This document shows positions 30,362 through 39,205 of a stretch of DNA of 64,000 nt, piece after piece (within the stretch, counting starts at the first letter, position 1; each line of letters begins with the position of its first letter). Under the pieces are notes generated by a model that did not search any database, was not told the DNA's origin, and saw only the letters and a program-made list of their open reading frames with translations. Made by a program: the position numbers and the translations under genes. Origin of the DNA: Gammaproteobacteria bacterium (GTDB lineage Bacteria > Pseudomonadota > Gammaproteobacteria > JASBUN01); assembly GCA_030147845.1 (NCBI GenBank), contig JASBUN010000041.1, positions 34,630-98,629 of the forward strand, written 5' to 3'.

Positions 30362-30496
30362 CTAATCGTGCACTTTGGTGCCGATTAGACCAGGGAAGGT
30401 GAACAGGGAGGGTAACAAGGACGAAGTGGCAAATGGAATTGCCGGGGGCAGGATCGCCCTGAGGGACGAAAAGGCGGCGTAATGCCGCCTTTTCTT
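30362..30496 (+). ncRNA. Candidate CsrB/Rsm-type (CsrA/RsmA-sequestering) small RNA 1
   Basis: No coding potential. Six A(N)GGA motifs fall in about 75 nt (GGA at 30394, 30407, 30419, 30435, 30451, 30464). Two sit in hairpin loops (GGCAA-ATGGAA-TTGCC; GGGC-AGGATC-GCCC). There is a 5' hairpin TCTAATCG...CGATTAGA, and the element ends in an intrinsic terminator. Confidence 0.5.
30473..30496 (+). terminator. Intrinsic terminator (AAAA upstream makes it potentially bidirectional)
   Basis: GGCGGC (30473-30478), loop GTAAT, GCCGCC (30484-30489), then TTTTCTT. Confidence 0.7.
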
Positions 30497-30554
30497 ATAC
30501 AGGCGGGGAAATTTGGGTGATTATGGGAGTGGTGTAGGCGAACTCCGAAAATTC

Positions 30555-30572
30555 TGTAGGCCAAATCCTACA
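30555..30572. promoter_or_regulatory. GacA/UvrY-box-like palindrome
   Basis: TGTAGG-CCAAAT-CCTACA is a perfect 6-N6-6 palindrome. It differs from the Pseudomonas GacA upstream activating sequence TGTAAG-N6-CTTACA by one symmetric position. It is centred about 60 nt upstream of the predicted start of small RNA 2. Extra TGTAGG half-sites lie at 30533-30538 and 30191-30196. Confidence 0.45.
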
Positions 30573-30588
30573 AAAAATATACGTCATG

Positions 30589-30616
30589 TGGACAGAGTTA
30601 CAATAATTGATATAAA
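30589..30616 (+). promoter_or_regulatory. Candidate sigma70 promoter of small RNA candidate 2
   Basis: TGGACA (30589-30594), 16-nt spacer, TATAAA (30611-30616). Confidence 0.35.
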
Positions 30617-30622
30617 ACAATA

Positions 30623-30841
30623 TCTAACCACGTTACATCGGTGCGAACGGCGGGCGTGAGAGTGTGAGGCTGATACTGCGGCTGATTGCGTCGGTCACGA
30701 AATCCGCTCACACTAGCCCTTGCTGGGCCATCATGGATGGCCTCAAGGACCACACCGGATGGAGGAGCCATACGGCTGTGCATTGGGCCGGGAGGGCTCA
30801 TAATGGACACAAAAGGCGGCCTGCGGGCCGCCTTTTCATTT
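30623..30841 (+). ncRNA. Candidate CsrB/Rsm-type small RNA 2
   Basis: Seven GGA motifs are concentrated in 30733-30808 (CATGGAT, CAAGGAC, CCGGATGGAGGAG, CGGGAGG, AATGGAC); five fit A(N)GGA. The 5' part is structured (GAGTGTGAG...CTCACAC). A strong terminator closes it. The track ORFs here (30664..31134, 30686..31258) are antisense to addB and implausible. Confidence 0.45.
30815..30841. terminator. Bidirectional intrinsic terminator (small RNA 2 on plus strand, addB on minus strand)
   Basis: GGCGGCC (30815-30821), loop TGCG, GGCCGCC (30826-30832). It is flanked by AAAA upstream and TTTTCATTT downstream, and lies 29 nt beyond the addB stop. Confidence 0.7.
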
Positions 30842-30869
30842 GCCTCCGAAAAACATCACGCGCGGCCGA

Positions 30870-33800
30870 TCACGGCGCCGCCTGTGCGGATTCGAGCCAC
30901 GCCTCGCGTCGGCAAAGACCCGACATCGGACAGTGTTTGCATACCTGTTCGTCACCCCAGGCCGGTAAGGCCGCGCCGGCGGCGGCTTCATCCAAAACCG
31001 ATGCCAGGCGCCGGCGCACGCGATCGCGCAGTTCGCTCAGTTCGGTTCCGTCCAGCATCGAGGCCGATTCAACGTGCTCGCCATCGAGCCGGACGTATTC
31101 CACCTGCGTCGTCGAACCGTGCAGTATGGCGTAGCTCGCCAACTGCACCGCTTCGCCTTGCATCACCATGTCCGCGTTCGGGGTGGCGCCGGTTTTATAA
31201 TCGATCACGGCATGTTGGCCGGAGCCGTTGGCGTCGACGCGGTCCAGGCGTCCTTTGAGTCGCCAAGTCGGCCCGATGGTTTGTTCACAGGCGCTTTCCA
31301 CCGCCACGACTGACCAGTGCCGCTGACGTTCGATCTGCCAGTCGATATAGGCGGGGATCAGGCTCAGCCAACGTTTGAGCCATCCTCTGTGCATGAAATT
31401 GTCTTCCAGATCCTTGGCGAATTGCGCATGCGCAATCGCCTGCAGGCAATCAATCGCGCGCGCGCGGTTTTCCGCCGTAAGTGGTTCTGAGAATGGTCCC
31501 GGCAGACCATCCACAGTGGCGTGAAATGCCTGCAGGCAGCGATGCACGCGCTGTCCGTAGTCGGACTTTTCCAGCACTTCGCGAATTTCATCTACCGGCT
31601 TGAGTTGCAAGCAGTCGGCGGCGAAAAACTGATATGGACAATCCACCAAACGTTGGTGGGCGCTTGCGGATACTGCGTGCGGCAATTTGTCGGCCGCAAC
31701 TTGTGGGCGCGGATACGGCATCGGATGCGGTAGTTCTGCTTCGTCAAATGTACATACATCGGTGTCCGATGCCGACAACAGGTGGGTCAATCCGGCATCA
31801 TCCAGACCGCAGCCGAAGGCGCTATTGTGAAAGGTTTCAAGCGCCTCCAGCCACGGCGAAACGACCACCTCGTCGCCGTCCTGCTGGCGGTGACAAGTGA
31901 TCAGAACTCGATTTGAGGAACTCAGGAGGCGACGAAAATGATAAAAGCGCTCGGTGAGGGTTTCATGCCAGCTCGGCAGTTTGAGTTCGCCACGTACGGC
32001 GTCGTTGAAATACGGTGAAGGCGTGCCGCTACCGGGCAGATGACTGATTTCGGCGCCGGCGATGATCAGCGCGTCGAAACGGCATAAATGACTTTGTTCT
32101 AACGTCAGGAGTTGTACCGCACTGTTGGCGGTATTGGGTCGGAAGCTCGCGCGTTCCAGCGCGCGTCCCAACCAACCGCGGAATTCGCTCCAGTTCATGC
32201 GCACCTGCCGTTGGTCGGTGGCCGCGCGTAGCTGCTGAAGTTGTTGCAGTACACGAAACCCAGCCGCGTCGGCGGCTAACGTGCGGCGCAGCTCGAGTGC
32301 GTCGAGGCTGAAATCGAGTGCGTCCAAATAACGTTGTGGTAAATGCGGCCGTCCGCCAAACAGGGCCTGTAACGGCGCCGCGGCGTGCGCCAAATGATCG
32401 AGTAATTGCGCGATGCGTGCGGTTGCCGGCGCCGACCACTTGAGCCTGCGCGCACGGAAGCGTAGATGTCGACGATAGCGGGCGAGGCCGCGGGCGACGT
32501 TCTCGTGTAGAACGATATCCCGCTCGAGGCGATAAACCGCGGCGCGAAAACCATCGGCATCGTCCAGTGGTAGCAGGAACGGTGATTTGAGCAGATCGAG
32601 CAGCGGTTGATGTGCGAAATCCTCTTCCACCGTTTGTAGCCAGCGCTCGATGACGGTCGCGGCACTGGTGGTGGATAACGCCCAGCCACCAGTATCGTCC
32701 AGCACGATCTCGGCGCGTTCGAGCAATGCCCGTACACGGCGAGCGAGGCGACGATCCTCGGTGACAATGCCGATGCTCGCCATGCCCTCGAGCAGCCAAC
32801 GGCGTACTTGTAGGTCGATCGCCCGCGCTTCCTGTTCGGCGTCCTCGGCGTGGAAGCTCATCAAACGGTTACGTGCCGGACTGTCGGCGCCGGTTCCCCG
32901 CCTGAAGTTTCGTGCGCGCTCTGATAACGGATTATCGCGGTATGCGTACGTGGCATCAATGAACAGCGATAGCGCGTCGGTCGACTTGGTCGCGTGCGGC
33001 GCGATGTGCAGCATGGCGGTAAGCCGCGTGAGCGCCGCATCAGGGTGGTAGTGATCGCTGCCGAACGCGCCGTGCAAAATTAGTTCGAGCTGGCCGCGCT
33101 TCAGCAATGCTTGTAACCAGGCGCATTCAGCGCTGGTGGCACGATACCATCCGAGCACGAATATGGTCTGATTCGTACGGATACTGTCGAGCGATTGGCG
33201 CAGCCGCAATATATAGGCGCTATTAGGGTCGATGCGTCCATGCGCATGTAACTGTTGGTGCCACGCGCGCCACAGCGTGTGTACCAGGGTTGCTTCGCGT
33301 CCCAGGTGGGCCGGTGTCGTTGCGCGAGTGCCGTAGCCGCGGCCGATTCGGCTGATGAATTCGTCGACATTGTCCGGCAGTTGAACATCGAAACGGGTAA
33401 GCTCATCGAAAAATTGCAATAGGCTTTCGCAGAGTCGCCACGGATCGGCGTCGCCGAACAGCGTACGATGTTGTTGTAGTGCCTCCATGAGAATCAGGTC
33501 GCGACCGACATTTTGGACGGCCGGCGTGTGGGCGATGCAGAGGGAATCAAGCCAGCCAGGCAAGGTGTCGATGCGCGGACCGAGCAAGGCGCTAAGGCCG
33601 CGATCAGCCGCACCACGCAGTAGCAACTCGCGTAGGCGCGGTGCGGACTGGGTGTCGGGCAACAAAACGACGACCTGGTCGAGATCGGGCAAGGCATCGG
33701 CGTGCCGGGTCAATATGCGTTCGGCGGCAAACGCTAGCGGGTCGCCGTCATAGGGCAGCAGATGGATGGGTTGCGACACGTGGTGCGACACGGTATTGAT

Positions 33801-33896
33801 TGCTATCCCGAACGGCCGGATTGCTTCGGCAGGGGCGCGGCGCACGGCGTATACCGGTGGTTTGACGCCGGATTTTGCGATGACAATGCAAGCCAT
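30870..33896 (-). CDS. addB: PD-(D/E)XK nuclease-family double-strand break repair protein, AddB-like
   Basis: About 1000 aa, upstream of the addA-like gene. C-terminal nuclease element AVIDYKTGA followed by the Cys cluster CKHCPMSGLC. Confidence 0.8.
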   Translation of the reverse strand: MACIVIAKSGVKPPVYAVRRAPAEAIRPFGIAINTVSHHVSQPIHLLPYDGDPLAFAAERILTRHADALPDLDQVVVLLPDTQSAPRLRELLLRGAADRGLSALLGPRIDTLPGWLDSLCIAHTPAVQNVGRDLILMEALQQHRTLFGDADPWRLCESLLQFFDELTRFDVQLPDNVDEFISRIGRGYGTRATTPAHLGREATLVHTLWRAWHQQLHAHGRIDPNSAYILRLRQSLDSIRTNQTIFVLGWYRATSAECAWLQALLKRGQLELILHGAFGSDHYHPDAALTRLTAMLHIAPHATKSTDALSLFIDATYAYRDNPLSERARNFRRGTGADSPARNRLMSFHAEDAEQEARAIDLQVRRWLLEGMASIGIVTEDRRLARRVRALLERAEIVLDDTGGWALSTTSAATVIERWLQTVEEDFAHQPLLDLLKSPFLLPLDDADGFRAAVYRLERDIVLHENVARGLARYRRHLRFRARRLKWSAPATARIAQLLDHLAHAAAPLQALFGGRPHLPQRYLDALDFSLDALELRRTLAADAAGFRVLQQLQQLRAATDQRQVRMNWSEFRGWLGRALERASFRPNTANSAVQLLTLEQSHLCRFDALIIAGAEISHLPGSGTPSPYFNDAVRGELKLPSWHETLTERFYHFRRLLSSSNRVLITCHRQQDGDEVVVSPWLEALETFHNSAFGCGLDDAGLTHLLSASDTDVCTFDEAELPHPMPYPRPQVAADKLPHAVSASAHQRLVDCPYQFFAADCLQLKPVDEIREVLEKSDYGQRVHRCLQAFHATVDGLPGPFSEPLTAENRARAIDCLQAIAHAQFAKDLEDNFMHRGWLKRWLSLIPAYIDWQIERQRHWSVVAVESACEQTIGPTWRLKGRLDRVDANGSGQHAVIDYKTGATPNADMVMQGEAVQLASYAILHGSTTQVEYVRLDGEHVESASMLDGTELSELRDRVRRRLASVLDEAAAGAALPAWGDEQVCKHCPMSGLCRREAWLESAQAAP

Positions 33897-33970
33897 TGCA
33901 CCCCTAGGTCGCCGACCGCGTGCGTCCGTCGAGGACTAAGAGTAGCTGGAGCAAGGCGGTGCAATGGTGG

Positions 33971-34294
33971 TCAGCGTTCCAGGTATTGAAGTTTATCGGG
34001 CTTCCCGTCCCATTCCTCGGCGTCCGGCGGGGCATCCTTCTTCTCCGTGATGACCGGCCAGTCGCGGCATAACTCGGCATTTAATTCCGTCAAGTGCTGC
34101 TGCCCTTCCGGGACATCGTCTTCGGCGAATATGGCCTCGGCGGGACACTCGGGTTCGCACAAACTGCAGTCAATACACTCTTCGGGGTCGATAACTAAAA
34201 AATTCGGTCCCTCATGGAAGCAATCGACCGGGCAGACTTCGACACAATCGGTGTATTTGCATTTGATGCAATTTTCAGTAACGACGTAGGTCAT
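33971..34294 (-). CDS. fdxA: 7Fe ferredoxin
   Basis: [51 protein letters not shown]. Confidence 0.95.
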   Translation of the reverse strand: MTYVVTENCIKCKYTDCVEVCPVDCFHEGPNFLVIDPEECIDCSLCEPECPAEAIFAEDDVPEGQQHLTELNAELCRDWPVITEKKDAPPDAEEWDGKPDKLQYLER

Positions 34295-34433
34295 GTATCA
34301 AGCTCTTGAATTTTTTGTGGCAATAGCGGAAGCAGGCATGGGCGGGCAGCCCCGCCTAGTATTGTAGTCTTCGGGGGAGAATGCAACTGCGTGAACGTCG
34401 AGGTAAGGCGGCGGTCGTGGACGGCGGATCCGC

Positions 34434-35453
34434 CTAATTGGCCAGATCCGTGCGTGCGATGACCCGGTTGCGGCCCTGCTCCTTGGCTTCGTAGAGCGCT
34501 TTATCCGCCAACTCGATCAACATCTGTACACCGCTGTCGTTCGATGGTGTCAGCGTTGCTATTCCGGCGCTGATGGTCAGGTGGGTATCGACCGTGGAGC
34601 CTTTGTGCGGAATTTCGAGCGCCCGCACCGCCGCACGCACGCGTTCAGCGACCAAGGTAGCGCCGTGCGGATCCGTATTCGGCAAGACGACGGCAAACTC
34701 TTCACCGCCGTAGCGCGCTACCAAATCCGCCGGCCGACTGGCCGTTTTGTCGAGGATGCGAGCGACGCGTTGCAGGCAGTCGTCACCACCCTGGTGACCG
34801 TAGGTGTCATTGAACGGCTTGAAAAAATCAATATCGATGAGAATAAGCGAAAGCGTGCCGTGCTCACGTTCAATGCGCTTCCATTCAGCGTCCAGCGTGG
34901 TATCGAACTGTCGACGATTCGCAATTCCGGTCAGCCCATCCAGTGACGACAACCGCTGTAGTTCGGCGTTGGTTTTTTCGAGTTGACGTTGCATCTCGCG
35001 CAGAGCCATGAATGCGGCGTCGCGTTCGAGCTGCATAAGGTAATTTTTTGTGTGCGCGCGAATGCGGGCGATCAATTCGATTTTATTCGGGAGTTTTACC
35101 AGATAGTCGTTGGCGCCATTGGAAAAGGCGTCGCTCTTAATAACCGGATCCTCCTTGGAGGATAAAACGATGATCGGAATATCGCGGGTGACGTTATTGG
35201 CGCGGAAAAAGCGTACCAGCGTCATGCCGTCGATGTCGGGCATGATCAGATCCTGCAGAATGATAGTGGCATCGAGTTCGGATGCAGTTTGTATGGCGGC
35301 GGAAGGATCGGCGCAATAATGAAACTCCATATCGCTTTCGCCTTGCAACATGCGGCGGATGCCTTCGGCTACCATGGCTTGGTCGTCGACCAGGAGGACT
35401 TTTATGATTTTGTCATTGGAAATACTGGCGCTGAGCTCGTTATTATTGGTCAT
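34434..35453 (-). CDS. wspR: Response-regulator diguanylate cyclase (REC-GGDEF), WspR-like
   Basis: REC domain (VLLVDDQ...LIMPDIDG), RPAD I-site, and RYGGEEFAV. It is the last gene of the Wsp-order operon. The start at 35453 (MTNNNELS) overlaps the cheB-like stop. Confidence 0.85.
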   Translation of the reverse strand: MTNNNELSASISNDKIIKVLLVDDQAMVAEGIRRMLQGESDMEFHYCADPSAAIQTASELDATIILQDLIMPDIDGMTLVRFFRANNVTRDIPIIVLSSKEDPVIKSDAFSNGANDYLVKLPNKIELIARIRAHTKNYLMQLERDAAFMALREMQRQLEKTNAELQRLSSLDGLTGIANRRQFDTTLDAEWKRIEREHGTLSLILIDIDFFKPFNDTYGHQGGDDCLQRVARILDKTASRPADLVARYGGEEFAVVLPNTDPHGATLVAERVRAAVRALEIPHKGSTVDTHLTISAGIATLTPSNDSGVQMLIELADKALYEAKEQGRNRVIARTDLAN

Positions 35454-36501
35454 GGTGTTGCTGCCCCCTGGCTGGGTGTTCCTTCCCATTCCGGGTCAGT
35501 TCCCGGGTCAGTGCGTGGGCGATATCGCCGACTGGTAGAACGTCGGCTGCGGCGTTCAGTTCTACGGCGGCTTTTGGCATCCCATACACAGCGCAACTGT
35601 TTTTATCCTGAGCGATGGTATACATACCCCGGCGTTTTAATGCAAGCAGGCCGCTGGCGCCGTCGCGTCCCATACCCGTGAGTAATACGCCGATGGCGTC
35701 GTCCTGCCAGTAGGTGGCGACGCTGTCGAAAAAGACGTCTACCGACGGCCGATAGATATGCGCGGCGGGTTCCGCGGTGTAATGGAGACGGCCGTTTTTT
35801 CTTAGGATCAAGTGATCACTTGTGCCCGCGATGAGCACTGTTCCAGCCTGGGGGCGATCGCCGTCTTCGGCCAGACGCACGTTAAGTGGCGATTGATCAT
35901 TCAGCCACTGTGCCAGGCCGGGCGCGAAATGGCTATCGACATGCTGAATGATGACGATGCCGGCGCTGAAGTCGGCGGGCAGTGCACTTAGAATTTGTGC
36001 CAATGAGCCGGGGCCGCCGGTCGACGAGCCGATGGCGATTAGCGACGTGCTGAATTGTCCGCGTTGCGCCGGCAGGGCTGGCGCTGGCTGTGGTGCAGGC
36101 GTATGTCGCGAGATCAAATGACTGATGGAATCGAGCTTTTTCTTTAGACTCTGAATCCCATCGCGCGTGCGTGCGCCGCCAAGCGTAGGCGTGCTGATCG
36201 CGTCCAGCGCGCCGGCAGCCATGGCTTCGAACACCTTGGCGGAATTGCCGGTGACCGACGCGGTTACCACCAAGATTGCGCACGGTGTGGCGTCCATAAT
36301 GCGTTTGCTGGCTTCGATGCCGTCCATGTGCGGCATGATCAGATCCATGAGTATGGCGTCAGGGCGGTCGGCGGCGCATTGTTCGACCGCTTGAACGCCG
36401 TCGGCCGCGGTCCAGGCGATGGTGTGTTCCGTGTATTCCAAAATCACGTGGGTGAGCGCTGACACTACCATGCTGACATCATTGACGATCGCGATTCTCA
36501 T
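35443..36501 (-). CDS. wspF: Protein-glutamate methylesterase CheB (WspF-like)
   Basis: REC domain plus the methylesterase motif GSSTGGPGSL. Confidence 0.9.
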   Translation of the reverse strand: MRIAIVNDVSMVVSALTHVILEYTEHTIAWTAADGVQAVEQCAADRPDAILMDLIMPHMDGIEASKRIMDATPCAILVVTASVTGNSAKVFEAMAAGALDAISTPTLGGARTRDGIQSLKKKLDSISHLISRHTPAPQPAPALPAQRGQFSTSLIAIGSSTGGPGSLAQILSALPADFSAGIVIIQHVDSHFAPGLAQWLNDQSPLNVRLAEDGDRPQAGTVLIAGTSDHLILRKNGRLHYTAEPAAHIYRPSVDVFFDSVATYWQDDAIGVLLTGMGRDGASGLLALKRRGMYTIAQDKNSCAVYGMPKAAVELNAAADVLPVGDIAHALTRELTRNGKEHPARGQQHHDQ

Positions 36502-39203
36502 GCCGTCGCCGCTCCGATCAGGTCGTTGACCGAATTAATCAGCGTTTCGTCATGGAAACTGCCTTTGGCCAGGTAGTAATCCGCGCCTGCGTCAAGGCCG
36601 CGATCGCGGTCCTCCGGTCGATCTTTGTAGGACACGATCATCACCGGCAGCGCGCGCAACACCGGGTCTTTTTTAATCATGGTGACGAGCTCGATGCCGT
36701 TTAGACGCGGCATATCGATGTCGCTGATAATAAGGTCGTAATCGCCGGTGCGTACCGTGTTCCATCCATCCATTCCATCCACCGCCACATCCACCTCGTA
36801 ACCCTTGGATTGCAGCAATTTGCGTTCAACTTCGCGCACCGTTAGCGAATCGTCGACCACCAGAATGCGCTTGGTCGTACGCTTGTCTGCATTACTTGAG
36901 CGTTTGACTTTGTGCAGCCGCTTCCCTGAGACCAGGACGTCGATAGAACGCGCTAAATCGTCCACATCGAAGATCAATACCGGTTCGCCTTCCTCGGTTA
37001 TGGCTGCTGCGCTGATATCTTGAATCTTGCCTAAGCGTGGATCGATCGTGTGTACCGCTAGATCGCGGCGGCCGATGAACTGTTCTACGACGAGGCCATA
37101 ACTTGCGTTACGATCGCCGATCACCACCACCGGCAGGCTCATGTCTGAGTTTTCGCCATTCTTACGCCCGAGAACCTGAGTCGCATCCACCAAGCCGATG
37201 TGCTGATCTCCGTAGGTAATATATTGGCGGTCTTCCAGCGTCTCGATTTGACCACGTTCTATTTTTAGGATGTGCTCGATGCGCGCCAGTGGGAATGCGT
37301 AGAGCTCGCCGGCGATGCGTACGATGAGGCTGCGAATCACCGACAGAGTGAGTGGTAGCTGCAGATTGACGCACATCCCCTGGCCTGGATTAGTGGTCGA
37401 TCGAATTTGGCCACGCATTTCCTGCACCGTGCTGTGGACCACGTCCAAGCCGACACCGCGACCGGAAACTTCCGTGACCTCATCTCGGGTCGAAAACGCC
37501 GGCAGAAACAAGAAGTCGAGGAGTTCGGATTCCGATAAATCGGCCGCCATCGCCGCGCTGACCATTTCACGTTCGACGATCCGCTTGCGTAGTCCATCCA
37601 AATCGACCCCGCGTCCATCATCACTGATGACGATAGAAAGGAGCCCTGCGCTGTGAAGCGCCTCCAGGCGAATCGAACCGACCGCAGGCTTGCCGGCCTG
37701 CGCACGTTGTTCGGGCGATTCGATGCCGTGGTCAACGGCATTGCGCAGTAGATGGTTGAGTGGTGCTTCGATTTTTTCGAGGATATCGCGGTCGACCTGC
37801 GTATCCAGACCAGCAATATGCAACTCTACTTGTTTGCCAAGCGAGCGTGCGATATCACGGACCATGCGTTTGAAGCCTTGTACGGCGTCTCCGAATGGCC
37901 GCATACGGCTGGTGATGACCTCATGATTCAGGCGGCTGGTCAGGTTGCTGATACGGCGATCAAAGTCTTCCAGCTCCGAAATTCGCCCCGCCAGCGACTG
38001 ACGACACTCGTCCGCTTTAGACTGTGTTGTCTGTAGCATGTTTTTGGCGAGATCGTTCAGTGTGTTTTCGTCCAAGGCATTATGAAGGCGATCGAGATGT
38101 GCAAGCAATTCGGTGTGACGACGTTTTAAAATCAACAGGGAGTCGGCATATGAGCGCAGCCAGCCTGCCGAGACACGAAATTCGCCGGCGTAACCCACCA
38201 GGCGATTAACACGCTCAGCGCTGATTCTTAGTACGCGTTCGCCGCCCTTGGCGGCGGGAACTTGGGCAGCGGCGGGGTCGGGCTCGCGTCGCTGTACGTC
38301 CGGCTTGGCTTGTGGAGGCGATTTGTCGCCACGCAATATGCCTCCTAATTCGGCCGTAAGGGCGGCGATGGCCGGCTGATTCTGTTTACGCCACTGATTA
38401 TGTTGATCGTTCGGTAATTGAGCGATGCTTGCCAGCAGATCGACACCACGCAACAGTACGTCAATGTCATCGCCGAGCAATTGGATGCGTGCTTCCTGTG
38501 CAGCGACAAAACAGTCTTCCATGCTGTGTGCGACGTCAACCGCGCTGGCGACGTCCACTAAGCGCGCCGCGCCCTTGATCGAGTGCGCCGCGCGCATCAA
38601 TGCCTCCAGCAATTTGGCCTGGTCGGCGCTGCTCTCCAACTCCAAAAGCCCTTGTGTCAACGCGCCGGTATGGGTTTCCACTTCGATACGAAATAGATCG
38701 AGCATGTCGACATCGTGATCGGCGTGGGCGGCGGGGCGCGGTACGTTATCGGCGCACTGTGTATTGCGCACGGCGTTTGAGGCCGCCGGCTTGGAATTGT
38801 CGTCGCGTACTCTCGCCAACTGCGCGACTAATTGTTGTAACTCATGCTGTTCATCAACCGATTGCTGCTCGTGTTGATCGGCGCTCTGCTTCGCGATGCG
38901 CGACAGCATGTCGACGCCGGTAAGTAAGGTATCGACGTGTTCGGCACGCAAAATCAAGCGTCCCGCTTGTGCCGCGACGAAACAATCCTCCATGACATGA
39001 GCGATTTCCACCGCGCTAGGCACGTCAACTAAACGCGCAGCGCCTTTGATAGAATGAGCGGCGCGCATGAGAGATTCCAAAAGCGACGTATCGTTGGGTC
39101 GACTTTCCAGCGCCAGTAGTCCTTCGCTGAGCGCCGAGGCATGCGTGTCCGTTTCCAGACGGAACAGCTCAAGCATGGTATCGTCGTTGAATTGGCTGGA
39201 CAT
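36498..39203 (-). CDS. wspE: Hybrid CheA histidine kinase with two HPt domains, a CheW-like domain and a C-terminal REC (WspE-like)
   Basis: Two copies of LMRAAHSIKGAARLVDV (His codons at 39056-39054 and 38585-38583). HATPase motif GRGVGLDVV. C-terminal ILVVDDSLTVRE...DIDMPRLNG. Confidence 0.9.
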   Translation of the reverse strand: MSSQFNDDTMLELFRLETDTHASALSEGLLALESRPNDTSLLESLMRAAHSIKGAARLVDVPSAVEIAHVMEDCFVAAQAGRLILRAEHVDTLLTGVDMLSRIAKQSADQHEQQSVDEQHELQQLVAQLARVRDDNSKPAASNAVRNTQCADNVPRPAAHADHDVDMLDLFRIEVETHTGALTQGLLELESSADQAKLLEALMRAAHSIKGAARLVDVASAVDVAHSMEDCFVAAQEARIQLLGDDIDVLLRGVDLLASIAQLPNDQHNQWRKQNQPAIAALTAELGGILRGDKSPPQAKPDVQRREPDPAAAQVPAAKGGERVLRISAERVNRLVGYAGEFRVSAGWLRSYADSLLILKRRHTELLAHLDRLHNALDENTLNDLAKNMLQTTQSKADECRQSLAGRISELEDFDRRISNLTSRLNHEVITSRMRPFGDAVQGFKRMVRDIARSLGKQVELHIAGLDTQVDRDILEKIEAPLNHLLRNAVDHGIESPEQRAQAGKPAVGSIRLEALHSAGLLSIVISDDGRGVDLDGLRKRIVEREMVSAAMAADLSESELLDFLFLPAFSTRDEVTEVSGRGVGLDVVHSTVQEMRGQIRSTTNPGQGMCVNLQLPLTLSVIRSLIVRIAGELYAFPLARIEHILKIERGQIETLEDRQYITYGDQHIGLVDATQVLGRKNGENSDMSLPVVVIGDRNASYGLVVEQFIGRRDLAVHTIDPRLGKIQDISAAAITEEGEPVLIFDVDDLARSIDVLVSGKRLHKVKRSSNADKRTTKRILVVDDSLTVREVERKLLQSKGYEVDVAVDGMDGWNTVRTGDYDLIISDIDMPRLNGIELVTMIKKDPVLRALPVMIVSYKDRPEDRDRGLDAGADYYLAKGSFHDETLINSVNDLIGAATA

Positions 39204-39205
39204 GG

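Noticed and set aside
30664-31258. Plus-strand ORFs 30664..31134 and 30686..31258 in and beyond the addB-addA gap.
   Set aside because: They run antisense into the addB coding region, are Arg/Ser/Pro-rich with no motif, and lack a Shine-Dalgarno sequence. The region is better explained by a promoter, GGA-rich RNA and terminator.
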